From Candidatus Thorarchaeota archaeon (GTDB lineage: Archaea; Asgardarchaeota; Thorarchaeia; Thorarchaeales; Thorarchaeaceae), in the NCBI GenBank assembly GCA_046482545.1, contig JAWOEX010000010.1:64001-128000 (forward strand): a stretch of DNA of 64,000 nucleotides, in the 5' to 3' direction. Of this stretch, positions 50,992-60,329 are shown piece after piece (position 1 is the first letter of the stretch; each line of letters opens with the position of its first letter). The position numbers and the translations under genes are program-made. Under the pieces are notes generated by a model, which worked only from the letters and a program-made list of their open reading frames with translations, was not told the DNA's origin and ran no database searches.

Positions 50992-51513
50992 CTATTCAAG
51001 TTCTACCTTTGTCATTCGCTCCTCAGGTTTTGGTTCTTTCTTCGTGACTTTGAGCTCCAGCACGCCATCTTTCATTGTGCCTTTGACTTTTGAGGGGTTA
51101 ACTTCCTCAGGAAATCGCACTGTTCTGCTAATTTGTGAATATGTTCGCTCCCTATGTATGTAGTCTCCTTCTGTCTCTTCCTCCCGATTTTCTATCTCCG
51201 CCTGTACTCGCAGGGTATCCTTGTTTACCTCAACATCCACATTGTCCTTGTTGAGACCAGGGAGCTCCGCTGTGACAAGATACGTCTCGCCCTGATCTAC
51301 GAGATCACAGAGAGGATACCTAGTGGGAAGACGCCCACCAGTTCTTGCCGCTGTTCTCATCGGCATAAAGGGTGCCATAAGATTGTCAAAAGATCTCCTG
51401 AAATCATCAAATATCGCATCAAATCCGCGTGCTAGTGATCTGTTACGCTCGGGAACACGACTGTCTGATCTCGGTTCAATATTCTTGTGTTCATCGATAT
51501 TTTCTTTAGACAT
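50992..51513 (-). CDS. hsp20: small heat-shock protein Hsp20
   Basis: AELPGL.K..V, RER, FPEEV, MKDGVLEL. Confidence 0.93.
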   Translation of the reverse strand: MSKENIDEHKNIEPRSDSRVPERNRSLARGFDAIFDDFRRSFDNLMAPFMPMRTAARTGGRLPTRYPLCDLVDQGETYLVTAELPGLNKDNVDVEVNKDTLRVQAEIENREEETEGDYIHRERTYSQISRTVRFPEEVNPSKVKGTMKDGVLELKVTKKEPKPEERMTKVELE

Positions 51514-51524
51514 TTGTGCACCTC

Positions 51525-51551
51525 CATTATACATATTTGGTTTGTATAATG
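51525..51551. promoter_or_regulatory. 9-9-9 inverted repeat CATTATACA-N9-TGTATAATG adjoining the hsp20 SD
   Basis: Perfect arms at 51525-51533 and 51543-51551. Confidence 0.55.
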
Positions 51552-51804
51552 TCGCAGTATCTATTTGAATTTTTCGGTAGATTGGTCATTTGTTATGTGA
51601 ACACACAGGTATAAACCCCCGAACTCGTTAAACATACAGAGGATACTTCACTGCGCTTTACAGGCATAGGAGAATATCAGCTGGTTCAATGATCTCCTTT
51701 TCACAACAATCATAATCTACGTTCTGTCAGTACAACCAAACACCTGTGGTGAAGACCAATAGTAGTTGGGATAGCCCAAGGGTGAAAATTCCTCAATGAA
51801 GCAA

Positions 51805-52281
51805 TCAAGAGAAAGTCCTTCCAAGCCGTACGTCGCAGCCATTTGCTAACCGGATCCGTATGGGAACAGATCCATGAGAGAAAACCTCGACAAAAAATGG
51901 ATTTGAGGATTCGGCCACTTTCAGCCAAAAATTGTTTTCATTCCGGTAGTAGCTGTACTTGAGATTGTTCTCTTTCACCTCTATAATGGAGCCCTCATAC
52001 AGCTTATTCAAATCCTCAACAATAAGCCTAGAATTATTCGATTTACTATGACAGATAGGATGCGAGAGATAGAATTTCTCAACTCTTCCAGCTTCGATGC
52101 AAAGAACTGCAACATGGGGGCGCCTGCAAGAATCCCATTCATTTGGAATAGGAGGGCTGCGACAAAGATAAGCACCTCTTGCTGACGCTAATACTGAATA
52201 TGCACCCTCATCGATCATCATTGACTCATTATCCTCTATTTCTCTTCCTTGTACCGTGGACGAGGGACTGCCCAATAGCAT
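51805..52281 (-). CDS. hypothetical protein
   Basis: 158-aa ORF with an upstream TTTATATA box; no motif recognised. Confidence 0.45.
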   Translation of the reverse strand: MLLGSPSSTVQGREIEDNESMMIDEGAYSVLASARGAYLCRSPPIPNEWDSCRRPHVAVLCIEAGRVEKFYLSHPICHSKSNNSRLIVEDLNKLYEGSIIEVKENNLKYSYYRNENNFWLKVAESSNPFFVEVFSHGSVPIRIRLANGCDVRLGRTFS

Positions 52282-52493
52282 ATCCCAATTACTTAGATAG
52301 AATATAATAAACTGTTACAGTCTCATAATGAGAAAACCATAGTTCTAATACCATGTTCTATGCCTCGTAGAGAGCCTTTAGGAGGCATTGGGCAGAAACA
52401 AATACTGAACAAATGTTTTTCAGACAGAAAGTATAGATGCAGTTGGAAAGGCCGACACGGATTTAATTGTTTATCTTAACAATCGGACATCAG

Positions 52494-53183
52494 TCAAGAA
52501 GAGACTAATCCATTCAACTGCTTTCGCAATGCGGGAAGGATTTCTTTGAGCTCATCAAATACTTCCTCTGCACCTGCTTCCAAAAGATCTTCCTTTTTGA
52601 CTTCGCCAGTTGCAACTCCCCAGAAGGGAATATTAGCTCGTTTAGCGGCCTCAGCATCTATTGTAGCATCACCAACATAAACAGCCTCCTGTGGTTGTAC
52701 ATCCAATCTCTCCAAAACGCGCAATAACCCATCAGGAAAAGGCTTCGGATTTGGTGATTCATTACGCGTCTGAATAACGTCAAAGAGGTGTTCTACATCG
52801 ATTTGATCCAGTATTCTGTCAACGGCTTCTCTGCCATTATTGGTCAGGATAGCAGTCTTCAATCCCATATCAGATACGGATTGTACAACAGACCTAGCGC
52901 CATCCAGCAACCGAACCTCACTAGCTGCATCAGACTCGTGCTTATTGAGTACAACATCAACCTCTTTCTGAAGCTGCTGCCATTCTTCCTCAGACATTCC
53001 ATCATTTCTAAAATACTCTCTTGCCTTCATAGTAGAACTGGATATACCGTCGGTTGAATCAAGCAGATGCGGAGGGAGACCCTTTTCTAGATAGAATTTC
53101 TTGGTGTCATTGCGCATCTTGTTTAAGGGTAGCATCAGAGCTATTATTGTGCCATCAAGATCAAAAATTACAGCTTCAAGCAT
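52494..53183 (-). CDS. HAD-IA hydrolase (phosphoglycolate phosphatase-like)
   Basis: FDLDGT, LTN, KPFP, VGD...D. Confidence 0.9.
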   Translation of the reverse strand: MLEAVIFDLDGTIIALMLPLNKMRNDTKKFYLEKGLPPHLLDSTDGISSSTMKAREYFRNDGMSEEEWQQLQKEVDVVLNKHESDAASEVRLLDGARSVVQSVSDMGLKTAILTNNGREAVDRILDQIDVEHLFDVIQTRNESPNPKPFPDGLLRVLERLDVQPQEAVYVGDATIDAEAAKRANIPFWGVATGEVKKEDLLEAGAEEVFDELKEILPALRKQLNGLVSS

Positions 53184-53289
53184 TCAGGGCTTCACCCGTG
53201 TGGCCTACAGGAAAAACGTGAGGGTCGTTATGGCTACTAAAACCTATCGGATTCACAATATTCATGAATGATGAATCCAAGAATAACAG

Positions 53290-53552
53290 AAATCTTACAA
53301 AATCCTAGAAGAGTCGAGTACAAAAGTGCAAGATAACTGTAAAATTTTCTGCAGTGCTATTGTAGCCTTGGAGGGGAGTTTATGAGGCCCAGTACGAGAG
53401 ACCGGTCTAGTGGGACTAGGGCGGTGGGCCACTCCCCGCGGGAGAAGCGCTCAGCCCCGAAGGCTGTGAGAGGGACTCGTTCCACTAAGCAGAAGTCCCC
53501 ACTCTCCACTAAAGGAACTCCATCAAGTTCCGGAGTGTCCGCGGTTGTTCAC
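53290..53552 (+). ncRNA. structured non-coding element E2 (omega-RNA / IS200-IS605 end-like), homolog of 28850-29114
   Basis: Homology to E1; AAGCAGAAGTCCCC...hairpin...GCGGTTGTTCAC. Confidence 0.6.
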
Positions 53553-53751
53553 ATTGTCTGTAATGAACCTCCTCAGCGGCAGCGACAAAGCCCCTGCTGA
53601 CTCAAGGGCATACTGGGTACCCTTGCAGGCGGCGACGCTGGCAGGGGAAGGGTGGAACACAGAAGTTTCAAACAGTCTAGTAAACTGTAAGTAACAAGTC
53701 ATATCAAGAGCTGTGGCTGTCCCAAGTCAAGTCAATACAGGATGCTATATT

Positions 53752-54261
53752 TCATTCGGGAGCACCACTAATCACAAGCGATTTTACGCATGTTCTTTCC
53801 TCATTGGCCGGTTCTAAAACCTCCATCTCAACCGATGGAGTGACACCTTCAGCAATAGCCCTGACATATGGCAAACAAACAGATTCACAGTACAGCATTC
53901 CCCGTTCTTTGAACTTCTCATACTGTGGACAATACGGATGCTCAGTATTGACTCGAGTCTCTGATACTTTTACAACTTTCATTTTTGCCCCCATCACATG
54001 GCCTACAACTCTCCATGCATCCACAGCATCTACCAATGTTTCACCCAAACCAAGCCGATCCTTCAGTTGCATAGCGTCTTCCTCACCAAGCTTCCGGAAG
54101 ACCTCAGAAAGTGCATCTAGACCTTCACTCCCAAACCGGTCATGGAACACTACGGCTGACTCCACCATGAGCCTAGCTAGGTTATCCCTAAGCTCGGATA
54201 CCTTCTGACCCGAAGGAATGAGGCCCCGTTTCGCAAAGACCCTTGTTAATCCCATAATCAA
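53752..54261 (-). CDS. ATC-hydrolase / V4R-like small protein
   Basis: FGSEGL, CPQY, CESVC, terminal C. Confidence 0.6.
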   Translation of the reverse strand: MIMGLTRVFAKRGLIPSGQKVSELRDNLARLMVESAVVFHDRFGSEGLDALSEVFRKLGEEDAMQLKDRLGLGETLVDAVDAWRVVGHVMGAKMKVVKVSETRVNTEHPYCPQYEKFKERGMLYCESVCLPYVRAIAEGVTPSVEMEVLEPANEERTCVKSLVISGAPE

Positions 54262-54400
54262 AACCTACCCGAATGCATCCTTCGCTTCTAATGAAGCTTG
54301 TTGATGATGCCGTGGATTAAGGCAAATCAGAATGTAGGGATTCATTAAGTCATGAAGAATGATATATACCTAGTACGGACAAGAAGAGCTGTGATATGCA

Positions 54401-55429
54401 TTGCAGGAAAATGTAAACATTACACGTAATTCGATGAGCAGCTTAGTTGATGCCTTCTTCTCTTTGTTAGCTAAGAAAACACTACAAGAGAATACACAGC
54501 AAGCGGCAAAGAAACTTGCAATTCCAAAGACAGAAGGTATCTGCACAGTCGGTATGGGAGGAAGTTCAATTGCAGGTCAAATTGCCATTGCCTTACTTAA
54601 CGATTCCTCATCTATACCTTTGACATTCGTAAGGGACTATCAGCTGCCAGCGTTTATAGATGATCGATGGACTGTAATTGCTGTAAGCTATTCGGGAACT
54701 ACCGAAGAAACGTTATCTGCATACAACGACGCAGACTCAAGGGGTTGTGAGCTATTCTGCGTGACAACGGGAGGAGAGCTCGGAGCATTGTGTAGTTCAG
54801 ATAGAACTCATGTCCTACCGAAGGGAATTCAGCCGAGGGCTGCCCTTCCCATGATTCTAGCGGCTGTATTGCCTCTTATGCAGTGCTTGCTTGGTAACAG
54901 GCCTACAGATTTTGAGCGCTTATCAGAAAAGCTGACTGATAGGCAGAAGGAATTGAAAGGTTCTATGAAGGAGCCCCAAGAAATAGCCACTCATATTCAT
55001 CAACGGATACCCGCCTTCATAGGTTGGCGACATCTTGCACCTGTAGCATACAGAGCAAAGACCCAAATCAATGAAAATGCCAAATCAACGGCATATAGCC
55101 TAGAACTGCCCGAGGCCAATCACAACGAGATAGAGGCCTCAGCTGCTTACGCTAATCAATCAATAGCTCCAATTCTATTAAGAAGTGCATACGAGGACGA
55201 ACAGACAAGAAGACGCTTCGAGGCAACAAGCAAGATTCTCGAGCAAGAAAGCGTCGAGGTTGAGAGTATACAGTTTTCTGGTGAATCCAAGCTCGAAGAG
55301 GTTCTATACGCAATACAATATCTCGACGCGGTATCAGTACGCCTTGCTGACATCCGTGGAGTGAATCCGATGGATGTTCCTCAGATTTCATTGCTTAAAG
55401 CAATTCTCGCAGGAAACAGTGAACTCTAA
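54401..55429 (+). CDS. bifunctional phosphoglucose/phosphomannose isomerase
   Basis: GMGGS, SYSGTTEET, QPRAA, INENAK, PEANHNE. Confidence 0.92.
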   Translation: MQENVNITRNSMSSLVDAFFSLLAKKTLQENTQQAAKKLAIPKTEGICTVGMGGSSIAGQIAIALLNDSSSIPLTFVRDYQLPAFIDDRWTVIAVSYSGTTEETLSAYNDADSRGCELFCVTTGGELGALCSSDRTHVLPKGIQPRAALPMILAAVLPLMQCLLGNRPTDFERLSEKLTDRQKELKGSMKEPQEIATHIHQRIPAFIGWRHLAPVAYRAKTQINENAKSTAYSLELPEANHNEIEASAAYANQSIAPILLRSAYEDEQTRRRFEATSKILEQESVEVESIQFSGESKLEEVLYAIQYLDAVSVRLADIRGVNPMDVPQISLLKAILAGNSEL

Positions 55430-55972
55430 AGGCTCTACGATATCCACTCCTACCTGACTGAACGATACCACACGAACCTCAGAGGCGTCAGAGTCGAAAG
55501 TATGATAGAATATAGTTAGAACAACTGAAAAGGTCCAGTTCGATTCTTCATATGCATTGTAGAGAATTTCTTTATCTGAATCTACCGTGATTGTGGAGCC
55601 AATCGTGTGATTCTTGTCATATCCTGGAAATAACTCCCTGTCTTCCATTGATAGTCGCTTTCTAAAGAAAGTATAATCGAAGGATTCGCCATTGAGGTAA
55701 ACGCTCGCCCGGAGAAAAGTGACTGACGCCTTACCTGAAAGGCCATCAGGAACCTGCATATTGAAAGACAGAGTTAAGGAGGGGTTTACCGTCTCATTCT
55801 CGAGCTGAAGATTTTGAGCTTTTATCCCGAGCAAATCTACTTCTAGATATCGAACCATAAGATAACTGCCCGAGTAATACGCCGAACTACCTGCTAGACT
55901 AACACCACTCAATACCCCGATAATTAGTGTTATTGCCATGATTGCGTTTTGTGAGCGTTCACTAGATATCAA
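55388..55972 (-). CDS. membrane-anchored hypothetical protein (beta-rich ectodomain)
   Basis: N-terminal TM helix. Confidence 0.6.
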   Translation of the reverse strand: MISSERSQNAIMAITLIIGVLSGVSLAGSSAYYSGSYLMVRYLEVDLLGIKAQNLQLENETVNPSLTLSFNMQVPDGLSGKASVTFLRASVYLNGESFDYTFFRKRLSMEDRELFPGYDKNHTIGSTITVDSDKEILYNAYEESNWTFSVVLTIFYHTFDSDASEVRVVSFSQVGVDIVEPLEFTVSCENCFKQ

Positions 55973-56029
55973 TCAAATCTCTCCCTTGAATTCGCATTAC
56001 TCTTTGCATCAGCAACACTTGCCTGTTAA

Positions 56030-56896
56030 TCATACTAGGTATATCAATGTGGCCAAATGAGCAGCCCAAGGAAACATACCTAAAATTGCAGGTATTGGAA
56101 TAGCTGGGAAGATCTTCCCTTTCTGCGCCAGTACGGTCAAATTAATCACGACTCCCAGGAAGGATAACGCCATTGAACTTAGCCAGACATGAAACGGGAA
56201 GAAAAGAAGTGCATGCGATGAGATAAGAGAATAGGCGATGAAATCCCCAACCCCGACTACGGTATCCTTGGATTTTATTCTTGTGTAGTCGAAAGGATCC
56301 TCTCCCACATTTCCAGTCATCTGTGCGGACCGAACAACAGGAGAATACCGAGTAAGGAAGTAGTCTTCAGCTACAATGGTGAATACAAGAACAAACATTG
56401 TCGGGGTCGCCAAAGTGGCAGCGAGGAAAGTGCCAAAGACTGCACCATAGAACGCGACGTATATATTTCGTATTGAAGTAGGAATCGCATCTACTACTAC
56501 CAAGATAATGGATAACATAGAAATCCCTATCGAGAGAACCATTACAAGACCCTCCAAAATTGTCTGACTCCCCTTGAATAATATCAGAAGAAAGGCTTGA
56601 CCTAAAAACAGAGAGACAAAGAAGATGATGGGCGATACAACAAATGCTACAACTATCTTCCGTGCACTTCGACTACGCCTGTGAAGTATCCAGAACAGTG
56701 AGAATACAACCAATGAACCTATGACTGTCGACACTAGGGCTTGCAAGACAAGCTCCAGAGGGGTGAACGAATCTCCATTCCCTATTGTCCGCCCAATCAG
56801 AGATGTGTTCCGCACAACATAAGCCAAACCTGAGCCAACAAGAAGGGGAAGAGATGAAATTGTTACTCCTATCAAGTGATGTCTATCCAGTCTCAT
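56030..56896 (-). CDS. presenilin/SPP-like GxGD intramembrane aspartyl protease
   Basis: Multi-TM; AED (first Asp), GVGD, PAIP (PAL-like) motifs. Confidence 0.75.
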   Translation of the reverse strand: MRLDRHHLIGVTISSLPLLVGSGLAYVVRNTSLIGRTIGNGDSFTPLELVLQALVSTVIGSLVVFSLFWILHRRSRSARKIVVAFVVSPIIFFVSLFLGQAFLLILFKGSQTILEGLVMVLSIGISMLSIILVVVDAIPTSIRNIYVAFYGAVFGTFLAATLATPTMFVLVFTIVAEDYFLTRYSPVVRSAQMTGNVGEDPFDYTRIKSKDTVVGVGDFIAYSLISSHALLFFPFHVWLSSMALSFLGVVINLTVLAQKGKIFPAIPIPAILGMFPWAAHLATLIYLV

Positions 56897-56994
56897 TTCT
56901 GGCCAGCTGAAATGACAATGAAATTAGAAAATAAATCAACTGAGTTTGGCGCAATGCGTGTTATCAAACTGTAGAACATCTCAGAAGTGCATTC

Positions 56995-57028
56995 AAAAAA
57001 AAGAGGGGATGGGGACAAGAAGTCCCCA
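56995..57028 (-). terminator. hairpin plus U-tract after the ABC binding-protein gene
   Basis: GGGGAC/GTCCCC stem then T8 on the minus strand. Confidence 0.65.
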
Positions 57029-57036
57029 AGATTATA

Positions 57037-58857
57037 CTATCGCTGTCTCATCAATACATAGCCGCCAACGAGGATAACCACTGCTGCACCAACTGCACCG
57101 GCAACTACTGCCAGAGTGTAGTCAGGACCGAGTGGACCGCCGTTCTCATCTACTGTGTAATCTGGAGCGAAGAAGTAGTTCGGGTTCCTGCTAATCTCAC
57201 AGAACTCACCGGGCTGGTACTCCGACACATTGAACGGACCAGAGGTAACCATCTCGTCAGATGGTGGATCGGGATTCCACGTATTCCAACCCTCAAGACC
57301 AATTTCGGTGAAGATATGCTTGGGGAGGACAGGCTTGTATGCGATGTTGTGTAGGTGCCAATATGACTCCGTGCTGAATTCAACCTCAAGTGTGTAAGGT
57401 GTCTTCGCGTAAGCCGCAGTCACATCGGTCAGATCAACACCGTATGGATTACCAGGTGCATCACGGAAGTAGTTGAGTGAGAATGCAACATCTTCTGCCG
57501 TAAGCGGTTCACCATCTGTCCAAGTAGCATTCTGGACCATATCGAAGGTAAACCGTGTGTGACCATCTGGTACATCGGAATCGTCGTCGTGTGTCAGTGC
57601 CTCGTAGTCCGTGCACAGCCAGTTGAGGTCTTCGCCGTTCCAGTCAATGGTTATGAGGCTGTCATACAGCATCATCAAGATGTTATTGGTGTACGCAGAA
57701 GAGCTAACCATAGTATTGAAGGTATCAAGGTCGAGCGGATTGCTCCATGTGAAAGTACCTCCGTATGGTCCACCCTCGTCATCTTTGAGATGAACCTTGT
57801 AGTTTGTCCAGTATCCTGGAACACCACCGCTAACATCATTGACGAAACCTTCGAACCGGTCAGTCCTGTAGGCTGATATCTCCTCGTTCTCGTAGGCGAT
57901 AATCATTGGGGATTGATAGACCCAAATCTTCTGCATCTCTTTAGCTGCTTCCATCACGTCCTCTAGTTCAGTGCTGTAAAGCAACTGTTCCCTCCACGCG
58001 TCATAACTATCGTTGGCGAAATTCGGGAAGTTCCAGTATGGCTCATCAACGTATTCTGACCAGTACTCGTAAGCTAGCCAGTCAACATCAAAGCTGCTGA
58101 ATGATGAACCAAGGAAGACCATGTCATAATCGCCATGGAAGTATAGCCTGTTCAGGTATTCATAGAAGTCCGTTGGTTCGGAAGTGGCTTCAACACCAAG
58201 CTCCACAAGAGCGTCGGCTACGTATTGGCCAACCTCAATGGCAATCGGTGATGATTGAGCGCACTCAATGAGAACATCAAACTCCTCACCATTAGGTGCT
58301 TCTAACCAATTGTCGTCATTATCATCCACGAACCCGGCGTCTTCAAGCAATTGCTGACCAAGTTCGACGTTGGCTTCGTAGTAGTGGTAGTTCAAATCTT
58401 CTTCAACTGAGAACGGATTCACCTTTGGAACACAGCTATCCTGTGGTTCGGACAAACCATCCCAAACATCAGCTGAAATAGCCTGTTTGTCCACAGCAAA
58501 ATTAAGGGCTCTCCTGAAGGCGGTTATGTTGAATGGGTATTTCGCACAGTTTATGGTTATATACCCGTATCCATTTCTCAGAACTGATTCGGTCTGTATA
58601 TCCTCTGCCTCATCTAGCTCCTGCAAAAAGCTTGGGTCGACCATGTCACCAATCAAGTCGATACTACCATCTTGCAGAGCGAGAACAGCCTGGTCTTCCT
58701 GCGAAATCACATCGTAGACAATTTTTTCCACGAACGGGCCGGTCTTCGTGTGGCCAAGATCATCCTGTGCCTTAGCAAACAATGGCGAAGCGGCCATGAA
58801 TAAGAACGCAGCGACCAAGAATACAGCGAATATTCTTTTCTTACGACTGCTTAACAT
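57037..58857 (-). CDS. peptide ABC transporter substrate-binding protein (family 5, permuted; C-terminal anchor)
   Basis: FRRALNFAVD, WTDGEPLTAEDVAFS, GPF; signal peptide and C-terminal TM. Confidence 0.9.
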   Translation of the reverse strand: MLSSRKKRIFAVFLVAAFLFMAASPLFAKAQDDLGHTKTGPFVEKIVYDVISQEDQAVLALQDGSIDLIGDMVDPSFLQELDEAEDIQTESVLRNGYGYITINCAKYPFNITAFRRALNFAVDKQAISADVWDGLSEPQDSCVPKVNPFSVEEDLNYHYYEANVELGQQLLEDAGFVDDNDDNWLEAPNGEEFDVLIECAQSSPIAIEVGQYVADALVELGVEATSEPTDFYEYLNRLYFHGDYDMVFLGSSFSSFDVDWLAYEYWSEYVDEPYWNFPNFANDSYDAWREQLLYSTELEDVMEAAKEMQKIWVYQSPMIIAYENEEISAYRTDRFEGFVNDVSGGVPGYWTNYKVHLKDDEGGPYGGTFTWSNPLDLDTFNTMVSSSAYTNNILMMLYDSLITIDWNGEDLNWLCTDYEALTHDDDSDVPDGHTRFTFDMVQNATWTDGEPLTAEDVAFSLNYFRDAPGNPYGVDLTDVTAAYAKTPYTLEVEFSTESYWHLHNIAYKPVLPKHIFTEIGLEGWNTWNPDPPSDEMVTSGPFNVSEYQPGEFCEISRNPNYFFAPDYTVDENGGPLGPDYTLAVVAGAVGAAVVILVGGYVLMRQR

Positions 58858-59065
58858 TATATCTCTATCTCCTTTACCGAGTCGAATCGGATAGTTTTAC
58901 CTATTCAATATGCAATAAAAGGCTTCTGTTGGGTTTTTTCACACAAAGGAATTTGTCGAGAACACTCTCGATATACGACGATGTCATATGATACGAATGG
59001 CAACTGGCACAAAAAAAGGGAGAGTACCCCAAGCTATGGGGGTAGTCTCAGAGGCTGTACGTCAA

Positions 59066-60115
59066 TCAAGTATACTTGATTCTGGGATCTAGGACTCCAT
59101 AGAGCAGGTCTGCAATGAAATTAGCTAGAATCGCTGTGATAGCGATAATCATGAAAATGGCCTGAACTACTGGAAAGTCCAAAATAACCAGACTATCATA
59201 GATAAAGCGCCCAAGCCCATACCATACAAAGACTGTCTCTGTCAGAGTAGCTCCATTGATGAGAAAACCGAAGGTCATTGCAATGATAGTAACCATTGGA
59301 AGCATAGCATTTTTCAGACCATGTTTGTACAAGACCTGACTCTCATTCAGCCCCTTTGCGCGTGCAGTTAGTATGTAATCCTCTGTCATGACGTCAATTA
59401 GATTGTTCCGCATGTAGAGGAAATAACCGCCATAACCACCAACACCCAAGGCAACAACAGGCAAAACCAAGTGATGCAGGATATTGGCGGCAATCATAAG
59501 AGCCCCGAATGGACTATCTTTCGCCGCTATCCAAACGCTATAAGAGATTGTCCCCTTCAATGGGAAGCCGATTAAACCTCCTGTCATGTTGGGAAGATAA
59601 TAGCCGAACACCATAAGCAACATCATACCAAGCCAGAAGATTGGAAGCGAATAGATGAACAGCGCCACAGTCACTGCACCAACATCCTTTTTGGAGCCAG
59701 GATCAGCAGCGACTCTCACTCCTGTCCAAATTCCTAGAGCAATAGAGACAATGGATGAAGTGCCCATCAAGAGTAGGGTGTTTGGGAGTCTCTCCATGAT
59801 TTCCTCAATCACTGGTGCTTGTGTGACGAAGGAGATGCCGAAATCGCCCGTAAACATGTTGACGAGATATCGCCAGAACATATAGATCCAGTCAAAGATA
59901 TCTGGGTCAGGAACAAGGCCAAACCGCAGGTATAACTCTTCAAGAGCCTTCTGTGTAAGATTACGCCGCAACTCCTCGTTTATCATGAGATCAACGGGGC
60001 TCACGTTCAGGACCAAAGTTGGAAGTCTGAATAAAAAGAAGTTGAAACAAACAACGGCAACTACAAGCAGGAACATGTAGATGGATCTTCTGATGACATA
60101 TTCTCTCAGTCCCAT
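59066..60115 (-). CDS. peptide ABC transporter permease (OppB/DppB)
   Basis: GDFGISF, DYILTARAKGL, TETVF, LDPRI. Confidence 0.93.
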   Translation of the reverse strand: MGLREYVIRRSIYMFLLVVAVVCFNFFLFRLPTLVLNVSPVDLMINEELRRNLTQKALEELYLRFGLVPDPDIFDWIYMFWRYLVNMFTGDFGISFVTQAPVIEEIMERLPNTLLLMGTSSIVSIALGIWTGVRVAADPGSKKDVGAVTVALFIYSLPIFWLGMMLLMVFGYYLPNMTGGLIGFPLKGTISYSVWIAAKDSPFGALMIAANILHHLVLPVVALGVGGYGGYFLYMRNNLIDVMTEDYILTARAKGLNESQVLYKHGLKNAMLPMVTIIAMTFGFLINGATLTETVFVWYGLGRFIYDSLVILDFPVVQAIFMIIAITAILANFIADLLYGVLDPRIKYT

Positions 60116-60329
60116 TTCTAGTATTCCTCGAATTATTGATAGGCCATACCTAGTATTGCTAGGTAGAGCATTCGATTATTGAAAAGTGTACTAATGGTAA
60201 TAAAGGTGGCGTTGTACGCTAACGTAGTTGGTACAAAGCCGCCTTCAAAAGATACTAGATTTTGAGAAATTCACAAAAAAAGAAAGATGAGGCACTATCC
60301 ACCTAGGGACTTCGTGCCTCTCTCCGGGG

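Noticed and set aside
53382-53600. 72-aa ORF (and 28735-28983 / 28741-28932)
   Set aside because: These overlap the structured elements, and the reading frames are not conserved between E1 and E2
53562-53612. SECIS-like hairpin (ATGA...AAA)
   Set aside because: No matching 3' GA for the quartet and no TGA-interrupted gene upstream
53480-53670. RNase P RNA (GAAGTCCCC ... ACAGAAG)
   Set aside because: The 3' ACAGAAGTTTC cannot form P4 with GTCCCC, and homology to E1 ends at GTTCAC
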